Shown here piece after piece: positions 20,080-30,700 of a stretch of 64,000 bases of DNA. Within the stretch, counting starts at the first letter, position 1. The number at the start of each line of letters is the position of its first letter. A program made the translations under genes and the position numbers. The notes below the pieces were generated by a model. It saw only the letters and a list, made by a program, of their open reading frames with translations, was not told the DNA's origin and did not search any database. The DNA comes from Escherichia coli. Its GTDB lineage: Bacteria; Pseudomonadota; Gammaproteobacteria; Enterobacterales; Enterobacteriaceae. The DNA is taken from assembly GCF_016903815.1 (NCBI RefSeq), contig NZ_CP069973.1, one strand, 5' to 3'.

Positions 20080-20535
20080 TTACTGAAACTCCTGCAAATT
20101 CCAGTTACCGATATCTGCGCCAGCGCCCTCCCCGTTTTCCTGACCATCTGCCCCCAGGGTATAAACATCAAACAGTCCTTTTTCACCCGGGCTGAGATAC
20201 TGATAATCATTGCCCCACGGATCTTTTGGCAGTCGTTTAATGTATCCACCGGTACGGTAGTTGCGGGAGTCCGCCATATTGGCCGGTTGCTGGATCAGCG
20301 CCTCAAGCCCCTGCTCGGTAGTCGGATAACGCCCGTTATCCAGTCGGTACATATCCAGCGCATTCTCCAGCGCCACGATATCGCTGATGGCTTTTTGCCG
20401 ATCGGCTTTCTCTTTGTTGCCCAGCAGGTTAGGCACCACCAGACTTGCCAGGACGCCAAGAATAACAATCACCACCATCACTTCCAGCAGGGTAAAACCT
20501 GCCCGTGGTTTTTGTGTGCGGGATAACGAATTCAT
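20080..20535 (-). CDS. gspG: Type II secretion major pseudopilin G
   Basis: About 151 aa from MNSLSRTQKPRAGFTLLEVMVVIVILGVLA; classic prepilin cleavage/methylation motif; the ORF track start at 20562 is probably an upstream extension. Confidence 0.88.
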   Translation of the reverse strand: MNSLSRTQKPRAGFTLLEVMVVIVILGVLASLVVPNLLGNKEKADRQKAISDIVALENALDMYRLDNGRYPTTEQGLEALIQQPANMADSRNYRTGGYIKRLPKDPWGNDYQYLSPGEKGLFDVYTLGADGQENGEGAGADIGNWNLQEFQ

Positions 20536-20551
20536 GTGATAACTCCGTAAA

Positions 20552-21775
20552 TTACATTCCAACCATATTGTTCAGTTGCAGCATCGGCTCGAGGATGGCG
20601 ATGACGATAAACAGCACCACGCCCGCCATCATCACCACCAGCGCCGGTTCAAACAGCCCTAACGCCAGCCCCACCTGGGTATCAAATTCCCGTTCCTGGT
20701 TGACTGCGGCCTGCTCAAGCATGGTTTCCAGTTCGCCGCTCTGTTCGCCGGAGGCGATCATGTACAGCATCATCGGCGGGAACAGGCGCAACTCCGCCAG
20801 CGCAGCGCGCAGACTGCTTCCTTCGCGGACGCGATCTGCCGCCAGCAGCAGTTGTTGTTCGACATAACGATTTGCCGACACGGCGGCGGCGGTCTGAATG
20901 CCTTCCAGCAGCGGAACACTGCTGGCGGTGAGGATGCTTAATGTGCGGGAAAAACGCGCCGTATTCAGTCCGCGCGCAACACGCCCCGTCACGGGCAAAC
21001 GCAGCAAGGTTTTATCCCAGCGCAGGCGCATCGCAGGATTTTTGAGTAGCCGTTGCCCCAGCACCAGAAGCCCCAGCAAACCCGCCAGCCAGTACACGCC
21101 GCTGGCCTGTAACGCGTCGCTCATGGCGATGAGCGTGCGGGTGGAGGCAGGCAGCGCGTGTCCGAGATGATCAAACTGTTCGATGATTTTCGGCACCACT
21201 GACGTCAGCAAAATAGTGACTACGCCCGTTGCCACCACCAGCAATACCAGCGGATAAAGCATGGCCTGCAGCAGGCGAGATTTCAGGCGCTGTCGCTGTT
21301 CGGTGTAATCCGCCAGGCGATTGAGCACCACGTCGAGATGCCCGGATTTTTCACCGGCAGCAACCATCGAACAAAACAGAGAATCAAAGACGCGGGGATG
21401 TTCGCGCAGGCTGTCCGACAGGGTGTAACCTTCCTGAATCCGGCTGCGCAGCGCCATTCCGAGGCTTTTTACATGCAGTTTTTCACTTTGCTCACTGACC
21501 GCCTGTAAGCAGGTTTCCAGCGGCATTGCTGCCTGTACTAATGTTGCCAGTTGGCGTGTGAACAGCGCCAGATCTGCCGCCGCCACGCGACGATGTGCGT
21601 GCCGCCGACGCTGCAACATCCCCCCTGCCGATGCATTCATCCGGGCTTCAATGTGCACGGGAATGAGGTCTTTACCACGCAACAATTGACGGGCATGACG
21701 CGCGGAATCCGCCTCAATCATGCCTTTGGTTTTGCGACCATTACGCTCCAGCGCCTGATAGTAAAACAGTGCCAT
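20552..21775 (-). CDS. gspF: Type II secretion inner-membrane platform protein F
   Basis: 407 aa polytopic membrane protein; operon position between gspE and gspG. Confidence 0.88.
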   Translation of the reverse strand: MALFYYQALERNGRKTKGMIEADSARHARQLLRGKDLIPVHIEARMNASAGGMLQRRRHAHRRVAAADLALFTRQLATLVQAAMPLETCLQAVSEQSEKLHVKSLGMALRSRIQEGYTLSDSLREHPRVFDSLFCSMVAAGEKSGHLDVVLNRLADYTEQRQRLKSRLLQAMLYPLVLLVVATGVVTILLTSVVPKIIEQFDHLGHALPASTRTLIAMSDALQASGVYWLAGLLGLLVLGQRLLKNPAMRLRWDKTLLRLPVTGRVARGLNTARFSRTLSILTASSVPLLEGIQTAAAVSANRYVEQQLLLAADRVREGSSLRAALAELRLFPPMMLYMIASGEQSGELETMLEQAAVNQEREFDTQVGLALGLFEPALVVMMAGVVLFIVIAILEPMLQLNNMVGM

Positions 21776-23268
21776 TACGCCTCCATGGTTACCCGCAGAA
21801 CTTCATCGAGAGAGGTTTCTCCGGCGAGCACTTTCTCAATGCCATTGCTGCGGATGCCCGCAGAGTGTTGCCGGACATAACGTTCCAGCTCCAGTTCCCC
21901 GGCCTGACGGTGGATCAAATCACGCAATGTGGCGTCCACCACGATCAACTCATGGATGGCAGTACGCCCGCGAAAACCTTTGTGATTACAGGCGGGACAG
22001 CCCTGTGGATGGTACAGAGTGACGGTACGGGCGTCGGTAATTCCCAGCAGGCGTTTTTCTTCGTCAGTGGCAGGCAGGGCCTGGCGGCAGTCGGGGCACA
22101 GCGTACGGACCAGTCGCTGCGCCATCACGCCCGTCAGACTGGAAGAGAGCAGGAAAGGCTCTACCCCCATATCCTGCAAACGCGTAATCGCCCCCACCGC
22201 CGTGTTGGTATGCAGCGTGGAAAGGACCAGGTGTCCGGTAAGTGAAGCCTGGACGGCGATTTCTGCGGTTTCGGTATCGCGGATTTCACCGACCATCACT
22301 ACATCCGGGTCCTGACGCAAAATCGCGCGCAGGCCACGGGCGAAGGTCATGCCGACGCGGGTGTTAACCTGTGTCTGACCGATCCCTTCAATCATGTATT
22401 CGATGGGATCTTCAACCGTGAGAATGTTGCGCGAATGGTTGTTCAGCTCCTGCAATCCGGCGTACAGCGTGGTGCTTTTGCCGGAACCTGTCGGCCCCGT
22501 CACCAGAAAGATGCCGTGCGGTTTGTGTAACAGCTGGCGCAACTGCGCAGTCAGTTCGTGACTTAAACCCAGACGCTCCAGCGTCAGGCGGGCCTGGTTT
22601 TTGTCCAGCAGTCGCAGCACCACGCGCTCGCCCCAGGCGGAAGGCATGGTGGAGACGCGCACGTCGATCGCCCGACCGCCCAGCAGCAGCGCAATACGGC
22701 CATCCTGTGGTACGCGCTTTTCGGCGATATCCAGACGCGCCATCACCTTGATACGCGAGACCAGCAGCGAGGCCAGCTTGCGACCGGGGCGCAACATTTC
22801 ATGTAATGTGCCGTCAACACGAAAACGGATCACCAGACTCTTTTCAAACGTCTCGATGTGGATATCCGAAGCGCCTTCTTTAATCGCCTCTGCCAGCATG
22901 GCGTTGATCAGTTTGATGATCGGCGCATCGTCGTCACTTTCCAGCAGATCTTCCGTTTCCGGCAGTTCTTCTGCGAGGGTAAAAAAGTCCTCGGCAGAAC
23001 CGAGATCTTCCATCAGTTGGCGAGCCTCGGAAGAGTCCCGCTGCCAGACCGCATTCAGCCGCTGTTCAAATTCGGCTTCGTCGATTTGCCGCAGCGTAAA
23101 GGGCGCGTTCAGCCCCCGCTGCAGCTCCTGCAAAACAGAGAGCGACAACGGATGAACATGGAGGATCTCCAGCGACGCTTCGCACCATGCCACCAGGCTA
23201 AACCGACGGCTGAAACTGTAGGGCAGACGCACGGTGTTAGCAGTGGTTTCCTGTGCTACAGGCACCAT
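21775..23268 (-). CDS. gspE: Type II secretion ATPase E
   Basis: 497 aa ORF; Walker [11 protein letters not shown]-terminal tetracysteine motif (CPDC...CPAC). Confidence 0.9.
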   Translation of the reverse strand: MVPVAQETTANTVRLPYSFSRRFSLVAWCEASLEILHVHPLSLSVLQELQRGLNAPFTLRQIDEAEFEQRLNAVWQRDSSEARQLMEDLGSAEDFFTLAEELPETEDLLESDDDAPIIKLINAMLAEAIKEGASDIHIETFEKSLVIRFRVDGTLHEMLRPGRKLASLLVSRIKVMARLDIAEKRVPQDGRIALLLGGRAIDVRVSTMPSAWGERVVLRLLDKNQARLTLERLGLSHELTAQLRQLLHKPHGIFLVTGPTGSGKSTTLYAGLQELNNHSRNILTVEDPIEYMIEGIGQTQVNTRVGMTFARGLRAILRQDPDVVMVGEIRDTETAEIAVQASLTGHLVLSTLHTNTAVGAITRLQDMGVEPFLLSSSLTGVMAQRLVRTLCPDCRQALPATDEEKRLLGITDARTVTLYHPQGCPACNHKGFRGRTAIHELIVVDATLRDLIHRQAGELELERYVRQHSAGIRSNGIEKVLAGETSLDEVLRVTMEA

Positions 23269-25328
23269 TAACGCGTTCTCCCGGCATTGAGGAATGCGCG
23301 AACTTCCGGCGGTAAGGCCTGGTTTTGCGCTGGCAGTACCGGCTGCGCGGTGTGCGGCATCAGGCTTAAGCCTTGCTCATCGCAGTAGATTTGCTCGGCG
23401 CGCATGTAGTTATATTTGCGCTGCGACACGCCGTCTGCCGCCATACCGTCACGCAGAATGGTCGGGCGGATAAACACCATCAGGTTACGTTTTTCTTTTT
23501 TATCCGCCGTCGATTTAAACAGGTTACCAATCAACGGGATATCGCCCAGCAGCGGCACTTTCGCCACGCTTTCTCCTGCCTGATCATCCATCAGACCGCC
23601 AAGCACAATCAGCTCGCCATCGTTAGCCAGCACGGTGGTCTTCAGTTTGCGCTCACCAAACACGACGTCGAGGCTGGTCTGTCCTTCCACCTTCGAGACT
23701 TCCTGCTCAATCACCATCTGTACCGCGTTTCCTTCGTTAATCTGCGGCGTGACTTTCAGCATGATGCCGACTTTTTTCCTCTCTACCGTATTGAAAGGAT
23801 TGCTGTTATTGGAGCCAACGGTAGATCCAGTTAATACCGGAACGTCCTGGCCCACCATGAAGAAGGCTTCCTGGTTGTCCAGCGTGGTGATGCTCGGCGT
23901 GGAGAGCACGTTAGAGCTGGAGTCGTTTTTAACCGCCTGCACCAGCGCCATCCAGTCGCCTTTCACCACACCAACCGCCGTACCGCTAAAGCCGGAAAGA
24001 AGCTGAGCAAGCGTGGAGAGATCGCCGTTAGTATCCGGATTTATGGTGGTAGCGCCGTTTTCACTGATTACCGTCGAGCCTTTCTGCGGTTTCGCCTGAG
24101 AAATGGCTGCCCCCAGCGTGCCAATAGGGATCTGCGTACCGTTAGCAAACTGCATTAATCCGGCATCTTTCGACGCCCACTGCACGCCGAAGTTGATATT
24201 GCTGCCTTCAGCAACTTCCACGATCAACGCCTCGACATGCACCTGAGCACGGCGAATATCCAGTTGTTCAATCACGCTTTGCAGCGACTGCATGATGTCC
24301 TGCGGCGCGGTAACAATCAGGGCATTACTGTGTTTGCTGGCGGCGATGGAGACAACCTCACGCCCGCTACCGACCGTGCCTTCCGCCTCTTCTTTAGCCG
24401 CCGTGAGCGTACCGCTGACCTGCTTCAGTACATCGACCAGATCTTCGGCTTTGCTGTATTTGAGATAGAAAACCTGGCTGTTGCCGCTGCGCTCCATTTC
24501 TGAGTCCAGGCGACGGATCAGACGGCGCATTTTGTCCCGCGTGGCGGGGTCACCACTGACAATCACGCTGTTGGTGCGTTCATCGGCGACAATTTGAGAT
24601 TTCAGCGTTGCTGGCTGGTTCTCGCCGCTGTTTTTGGTCAGGCTTTCCAGCACGCGGGCGATTTCCGAAGCCGAGGCGTTATCCAGCGGGATCACCTCTT
24701 CAGTGCGATTACCCGCGTGATCCACACGCTGGATCACTTCCGTCAGGCGCTCCACAACGGAGGCGCGTCCGGTGAGCATAATCACGTTGGAGGGATCGTA
24801 ATTAACAACGTTGCCTGAGCCTGCGCTGTCGATCATCTGGCGCAGAATCGGTGCCAATTCGCGGACCGACACATTACGTACCGGCACTACTTTGGTGACC
24901 ATTTCATCGCCCGCGTAGTTGTCGCTGCCTTCACCGACCAGCGGCAGTGGCTCGACTTTCGCGGCGCTGGATTTCACCACCTTCAGCACGTCGTTTTCCA
25001 TCGGTACGACGGCATACCCCTGTGCTTCCAGCAGGTTAAGGAATAGCTGGTAATACTGGCGTTCATTGAGCGGAGTCATGGTACGAATACTCACTTTCCC
25101 CTGTACGCCCGGCCCCATAATGATGGTTTTATTAAGGTTAGCGCCGACGGTTTCGATGAACGATTTCAGGTCGGTATCTTTAAAATTGGCGGTGAAAGTG
25201 GCTTCTTCCGCCCAAACCGGTGAACTGCATAATGCCGCTGCCAGCACCAGCGGCAGTAAACGCTTTTTTGTTTTGAGGCCAGTTGTCTTCTTACGCCAGA
25301 CCGACAACGTAATATCACGCCAAAACAC
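23268..25328 (-). CDS. gspD: Type II secretion outer-membrane secretin D
   Basis: 686 aa ORF with signal peptide and secretin-like C-terminal region ([14 protein letters not shown]); operon position. Confidence 0.9.
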   Translation of the reverse strand: MFWRDITLSVWRKKTTGLKTKKRLLPLVLAAALCSSPVWAEEATFTANFKDTDLKSFIETVGANLNKTIIMGPGVQGKVSIRTMTPLNERQYYQLFLNLLEAQGYAVVPMENDVLKVVKSSAAKVEPLPLVGEGSDNYAGDEMVTKVVPVRNVSVRELAPILRQMIDSAGSGNVVNYDPSNVIMLTGRASVVERLTEVIQRVDHAGNRTEEVIPLDNASASEIARVLESLTKNSGENQPATLKSQIVADERTNSVIVSGDPATRDKMRRLIRRLDSEMERSGNSQVFYLKYSKAEDLVDVLKQVSGTLTAAKEEAEGTVGSGREVVSIAASKHSNALIVTAPQDIMQSLQSVIEQLDIRRAQVHVEALIVEVAEGSNINFGVQWASKDAGLMQFANGTQIPIGTLGAAISQAKPQKGSTVISENGATTINPDTNGDLSTLAQLLSGFSGTAVGVVKGDWMALVQAVKNDSSSNVLSTPSITTLDNQEAFFMVGQDVPVLTGSTVGSNNSNPFNTVERKKVGIMLKVTPQINEGNAVQMVIEQEVSKVEGQTSLDVVFGERKLKTTVLANDGELIVLGGLMDDQAGESVAKVPLLGDIPLIGNLFKSTADKKEKRNLMVFIRPTILRDGMAADGVSQRKYNYMRAEQIYCDEQGLSLMPHTAQPVLPAQNQALPPEVRAFLNAGRTR

Positions 25329-25357
25329 GATGAATGATTCTCCTGGATTAAATGCGG

Positions 25358-26317
25358 TTAGCGCAGCGCGATGGAAATGTCGTGGCGCGCACCCTTGCGT
25401 AAAACCGTAAGTTGAATGGAATCCATTGAAGGTAACTGCCGCATCAGAGCAATCATTGCTCGTGGATCAGTGAAATCCTGCTGATTTAGCGCAATGGCGA
25501 TATCGCCTTCCCTGAAACCGCTGACATCGAACAGAGAACGATCTGCCCCCGGCTTCACTGCATAACCGACAATCCCCTCCTTACGCACAGGCGTAAGCTG
25601 GATATAGTTAAAAATTTTCTGCGGATCTTTCGCCAGTGCCTGACGCACGGCAGTCGGGATCTCAACTGGCGCACTGACAGCAGGTTCAGCAACAGCTTGC
25701 TTTGCTTCGTCACTGACAGCTTTTTTGTTGGTCACGGCAACGGTGGAACGCTCCTCTTCAGCCAGGCTCAGGCGCTCTATTTTTCCCTGATAGCGCAGCA
25801 TCACATGGTCGCGGTTGATTTCCTCAATCACCGCGTTGTGAGAACCAAGCCGTTCCCCCTGCAAATAGACCTGCTGTTTGCCACCTTCTTCAATAACCGC
25901 GCCAGGTCTGGCACCAAAGGCGATCCCGCGCAGCACCACATTAAGACGTGTTTCTGCCACAGGCACAGGTTCAGGTTGTTTTACCGGTGCGGCGACGGGC
26001 TGATATTTGCCAAACCAGTTTTGCTGGCTGATTAATTGCACGTCATTTTTATCGAACGTTTTTGCATCTGCACGGGGCGGTTTATTCGCCGATGGGGAAA
26101 CCGCCGTATATTCCGCAGAAAAGGAGAAATAGCGCCAGAGTGAATGCGCCACTTTTGCAGAAATAATAAGCAGCATCAGCCAGAACATCGCGCGTACAAT
26201 TTTTCGCAGATGCTCTTTGTCTGTATTAAGAGATTGTCTCTGGTTAAGAGTGTGACGAATTTTTGTCAGCCATTGAATGAGATAAATTCGTGCGTCACGA
26301 AAAACAACCCGCGCCAA
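25358..26317 (-). CDS. gspC: Type II secretion protein C
   Basis: 319 aa ORF with single TM segment near the N-terminus; immediately upstream of gspD. The start codon is uncertain. Confidence 0.75.
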   Translation of the reverse strand: MARVVFRDARIYLIQWLTKIRHTLNQRQSLNTDKEHLRKIVRAMFWLMLLIISAKVAHSLWRYFSFSAEYTAVSPSANKPPRADAKTFDKNDVQLISQQNWFGKYQPVAAPVKQPEPVPVAETRLNVVLRGIAFGARPGAVIEEGGKQQVYLQGERLGSHNAVIEEINRDHVMLRYQGKIERLSLAEEERSTVAVTNKKAVSDEAKQAVAEPAVSAPVEIPTAVRQALAKDPQKIFNYIQLTPVRKEGIVGYAVKPGADRSLFDVSGFREGDIAIALNQQDFTDPRAMIALMRQLPSMDSIQLTVLRKGARHDISIALR

Positions 26318-26334
26318 TTTATATCTACCCGACG

Positions 26335-26745
26335 TTATGCTTTGACTATTCCACAGGTGGTACGATCCAGTTTCCGCTGATACTGGTTACCTGTACGTGT
26401 ATCATTAATCATTATGCTGTAATTAATTCCCTCGGTTATCATTAATTTCACCGTCGGGTCAGCGCACATTTGTCGTTGATAGCTGGTTAAAAAGGCATCA
26501 GGCGTCTGCGTGGTCTGAGCACCCGCTTCGCTGATAATGGTCATTTTTACCGTCGTGCCGCTACTTTGCGCCAGCACTAAGGTATATCCCGCAGATTTAA
26601 TCGGCAGGTTTTGGCTGATATTTTGCGCCTGTTTTTTCGCCAGTAAACTGGCATTTTCATTATGGCTGGCACAGCCACTTAATAATCCTGTAACGCTCAA
26701 CAATAGCGATATTAATACCCTCCCTGGCATTTGTTTTATCGACAT
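26335..26745 (-). CDS. yghG: T2SS-associated lipoprotein (pilotin GspS-beta/AspS, YghG)
   Basis: 136 aa ORF; lipoprotein signal with lipobox (LLSVTGLLSGC); between pppA and gspC. Confidence 0.8.
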   Translation of the reverse strand: MSIKQMPGRVLISLLLSVTGLLSGCASHNENASLLAKKQAQNISQNLPIKSAGYTLVLAQSSGTTVKMTIISEAGAQTTQTPDAFLTSYQRQMCADPTVKLMITEGINYSIMINDTRTGNQYQRKLDRTTCGIVKA

Positions 26746-26810
26746 GGTAAATAATCTCTAAGGTTATTAATAAGAGTTAAAATATCACTTTGATAATGAC
26801 GTTGTTATCA

Positions 26811-27620
26811 TTAAAACAATGCCTGTAGATAAAGTGTTGCTATACCGCCCAGACTTAAACACGGTCCAAAAGGCAGTGTGGTTGATCCTCTTTTTGTAAT
26901 AACGGCATATATCAGGCCGCAGCATGAGGCGATTAAAGCAACGTTGGGCAGTGATAACGCCCCCACCCAGCCACCTAAAGCGGCGAAGAGTAATACATCG
27001 CCCATGCCTAATGCTTCTTTACGCAGAACTATTCCGGCTATCCAGCGCAGGGAGTAAAAAGTGATAAACCCCACCAGGACGCCGGTGACTGCGTCTTGTA
27101 GCGTTAACGGACTCTGTTGCGCCCATGCCGCAATCAGCCCGGTCCACAATACGCCCTGAGTAAAAACATCGGGCAGCCATTGGTTGTCGAGGTCGATGAT
27201 GCTCGCGGCAATCAGCCACGCGGATAATATCATCACCGCCAGTCCCCATCCACTTTCTGGCCACACCAGACTCGCCAGCAAAAAAGCAAGTGCTGTCAAT
27301 AACTCAACCAGCGGATAACGCTTGCTGATTTTCGCCTGACAGTCGCGGCAGCGCCCTTTGAGCATCAACCATGAGAGCAGCGGAATATTGTCACGAACGC
27401 GGATAGTCTGCTGGCAATGCGGACAGTGCGAACGCGGTAGCGCAAGGCTTATTTTTGACTGCGTACTCGGCGTTTCACCATGAAACTCCGCCATTTGTTG
27501 GCGCAGCATGATGGGGTAACGCCAAATCACCACATTCAAAAAACTGCCGATGATCAATCCTCCGACGGTTGCCAGTATGGGCATCGCCGCGGGGTATTGC
27601 TGAAAAACATCAAAAAGCAT
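26811..27620 (-). CDS. pppA: Prepilin peptidase (A24 family)
   Basis: 269 aa polytopic membrane protein; tetracysteine motif (CPHCQQ...CRDCQ) typical of prepilin peptidases. Confidence 0.88.
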   Translation of the reverse strand: MLFDVFQQYPAAMPILATVGGLIIGSFLNVVIWRYPIMLRQQMAEFHGETPSTQSKISLALPRSHCPHCQQTIRVRDNIPLLSWLMLKGRCRDCQAKISKRYPLVELLTALAFLLASLVWPESGWGLAVMILSAWLIAASIIDLDNQWLPDVFTQGVLWTGLIAAWAQQSPLTLQDAVTGVLVGFITFYSLRWIAGIVLRKEALGMGDVLLFAALGGWVGALSLPNVALIASCCGLIYAVITKRGSTTLPFGPCLSLGGIATLYLQALF

Positions 27621-27633
27621 GGTTAAAGGTTAT

Positions 27634-27765
27634 TTGTTGTAATTTGCCGGATGCGGGCCTGCAGGTGTATGCCATATGGCTTTCCTCCAGGCCCGATAAG
27701 ATGGCGCATCGGGCAAATGTGTTAACCCGATGCGCCTTATTTCATGCCGGATGCGGCGTGAACGC
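27634..27765. repeat. REP (repetitive extragenic palindromic) element cluster
   Basis: Intergenic copies of the REP consensus, e.g. GCCGGATGCGGCGTGAACGCCTTATCCGGCCTACA and an inverted partial copy, between pppA and sslE. Confidence 0.8.
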
Positions 27766-27783
27766 CTTATCCGGCCTACAGGC

Positions 27784-30700
27784 TTACTCGGCAGACATCT
27801 TATGCTCGGTAACCTTATTAATGGTTTCCGGCCCCTGTTCCGGTTTCGGCAGCTTGAGCGACGCGAGCGTGTTGTAAGCCGACTGGCTCACACCGCCCTC
27901 GAAGCTCATCTCGCTCGCCCCCGGCAGCTGGTAAGCATTCGCACCTGGATTCCATTTCTTAAAGAACTCCGAAAGATCCGTCTGGGCGACCCAGGAGGCG
28001 CACAGCATCAGCGTGTCGGCAGCGTTACCGTTTGACTCAGCACAGTAATTTCTTTCGCCAAACTTGGTTTTACCAACATCATCGCCGCGTGCTTTACGGT
28101 GCATCAACTGGAACAGGTTCCAGCCTTTCATCCCTTCACGATCGCTGTAGAACGCTGGCAGAGAGCCTTCTGGATACCATTTCTTGATATCAAAGTTTTT
28201 CTCTGCCCATTCCTTCAGTTGTGCGTACATCAGCAGACGGTCACCCGCACCGCCGCGCGCCCATGCCTGACCGTTGCTCTCGTCCAGATATTCCGGCGCG
28301 ACGGTAATGTCGTCAGCGACACGGTTCATCTTACCGAGATAGCGATCCTGCATGTACAGCGCCAGCACGTTGTTCGCCACTTCAGTTGCACCCGGTACGT
28401 TCAGCGGTGTTTCTGCAGCGTTATGACCGACTTCGTGCCAAATCAGCCAGTCGTTCAGCGGCGTCGTCGGCAGCGTGGTGCTGTTCGTCGAGAAGCTGCT
28501 GTTCATTACCGGGTAACCCGAGTGCGCATCACCGATGGAGATCTGCACATCGTTGGCGAAACGATGTTTATGCCCCGTCAATGCTTTATAGGTAAACATC
28601 CGGTGCTTACCGCTTTCGCCATCACGACCGTAGAAGTCATTCATCGAGCTGGCAAAGGTATCCAGATCGTTAGCGAATTCTGCTACACCACCAGTGAAAT
28701 TGCTGGCCTCAAGGTTCTTCTTCGGCGTGGTATAAACGAAAGCGTCTGATTCCAGCTCGCCCAGCGGCGCAGGGGAGTTCAGAGCGTTTTTCCATTCGCC
28801 GTCTTTATAGAACGGCGCTTTTACCACACCAGTAAAGGTGAATTCGGCTGACTCATTCTTTGGGCTGTTGCCCTTGATATAAATCAGACCACCGTAAGGC
28901 ACCTTGAAGGTCACCTTATCATTGGCTTTCAGATCATAGGTTTTCGTCACTTTTGGCGGACGGTTCAGCGCGACTTCATGCTTCTCGCGTCCGGTCAGAT
29001 CGTCGGCCAGCGCCACGGTGACAGTCACAGGAACTGATGCAGTAGACTCAATGGTGACCTCTTTCTGAGCCGGAGCCCACAGGCCAGTAGACTGCATGTT
29101 ACCCGCAAACCATTTGGTCGGGTTCGAGTACAGGCTGATGCTTTCAGTAACCTTCTCACCTTCTGCCGATACCGCTCCCGGATACTTCTCGACATCAACT
29201 TTGATGTTCAGATCCCACCAGGAACGACCCAGCATCAGGCGCGTCAGCGGTTTTTCCATATAGTTGAGCGGATAGCTTGGGTTCATCATGCCTGCTTTGC
29301 TGCTACCGTCACCGTAGATCATGTTGTTATCGACAAGCGATTTTTTCAGATCTGCAGAACACTGCGTGCCTTCGCTATAGGCATTGTTGGCGTAGCAGTT
29401 CAGGAACTCAGTGAACGTTTTAAAGCCCAGCTCGTCATCCTTGTCGTTTTCATAGCGATATTCAATTTTATTCCACAGCCAGACCGACATGTTCTGGTAC
29501 AGACGTTCCAGATCGACGCTGCTCAGACGCTCACCTTTGCGACCATTGGTCCGGAAGTAGAGCTCATGCTGATAAAGACGCTGAATATTGGTGCCTAAAT
29601 CCGCAGCCTGCACCATCGCTTTTGCCGTGTCGGCGTTAAGGCTTAGTTGCGTATACTGTGGAACATACATGCCACCAGTAACCGGAACCCCCGTGCCAGG
29701 ACGGTATTCCAGACAGTTGACCTCGTAGTGGTAGTCAGAATCCTTACACTCTTCCAGCCCAGGGAACGCGTCCAGAATTCTCTTCTTCGCCGCAGCCAGC
29801 AACTCAGGCGTTTTGTAGTCGGCTTCATCAATAAACGCGTATTGAGTTACTTGTTCACCATCAACCTCTTCTTGCCAACTGGCAACTTCCAGCTTCGGTT
29901 TCTTATCAGGTTTGTTATCAATCTGATATTTCCAGGTAACTTCGCCTGTCTCAGAATTAATGGTGTACGGCAGCGCACCTTCCACAACCGGATAACGTTC
30001 ATAAACCCAAATGCCATCCGCTCGGCGCTGGCGCTCGCGGTTCGGATAACCCTGCGGATCGTTATTCACCACCGACTTGTTCAGTGCCATTGACAGACCC
30101 GCGGCATCCAGCAGACGCACAAAGCCAGACGCGCTCTCTTCCTTAAGATTGCTCATCACGTTTTCCATGATCAGCACCGAACCGCCTTTGTTCAGATAGG
30201 CGATCAGATCGGTCACATCCTGCTGGCTCAGCTTCGGTTTGCTGGTATCTGCACGCAGCGGGATTGCATAAGGATCGTTACCCACCTGAGTCACATATTC
30301 AAAGCCGTTAAGGATCAGCAGCGGCATTTCCTGCGGATCGAGATCGCCATAGCTACTTAAATGCTCAACAGAGATGCCCGCAAAATCCGGATGGAAGTCG
30401 AACGCAGCGCTGTTTCCTGTAACCTGACCATGACGTTTAAAATAGACAGTATCCAGGTTGGTGCCTACGGTCATGCTGGCTTTCGCGTCCGGCTTCCATT
30501 TATCGTCGGACAGATAGCGCAGCACGTTCTCCATGAAGTTCTTCATGTCATCCGGGTCGCTGTTGAGCGTACACTGCCCATCTTTATTAACGCCCCCGTT
30601 CCAGCTGTAACCGTTCGGGCAACGCAAAATGCTGTTGTAGTGTGGGTTACCGATAACCATCAGTTTGCCCTCACCGACTTGCCCCAGCGAAATAAACGGC

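Noticed and set aside
22601-23271. + strand ORFs (184 aa and 137 aa) inside gspE
   Set aside because: Ser/Arg-rich antisense frames; gspE on the opposite strand has Walker motifs.
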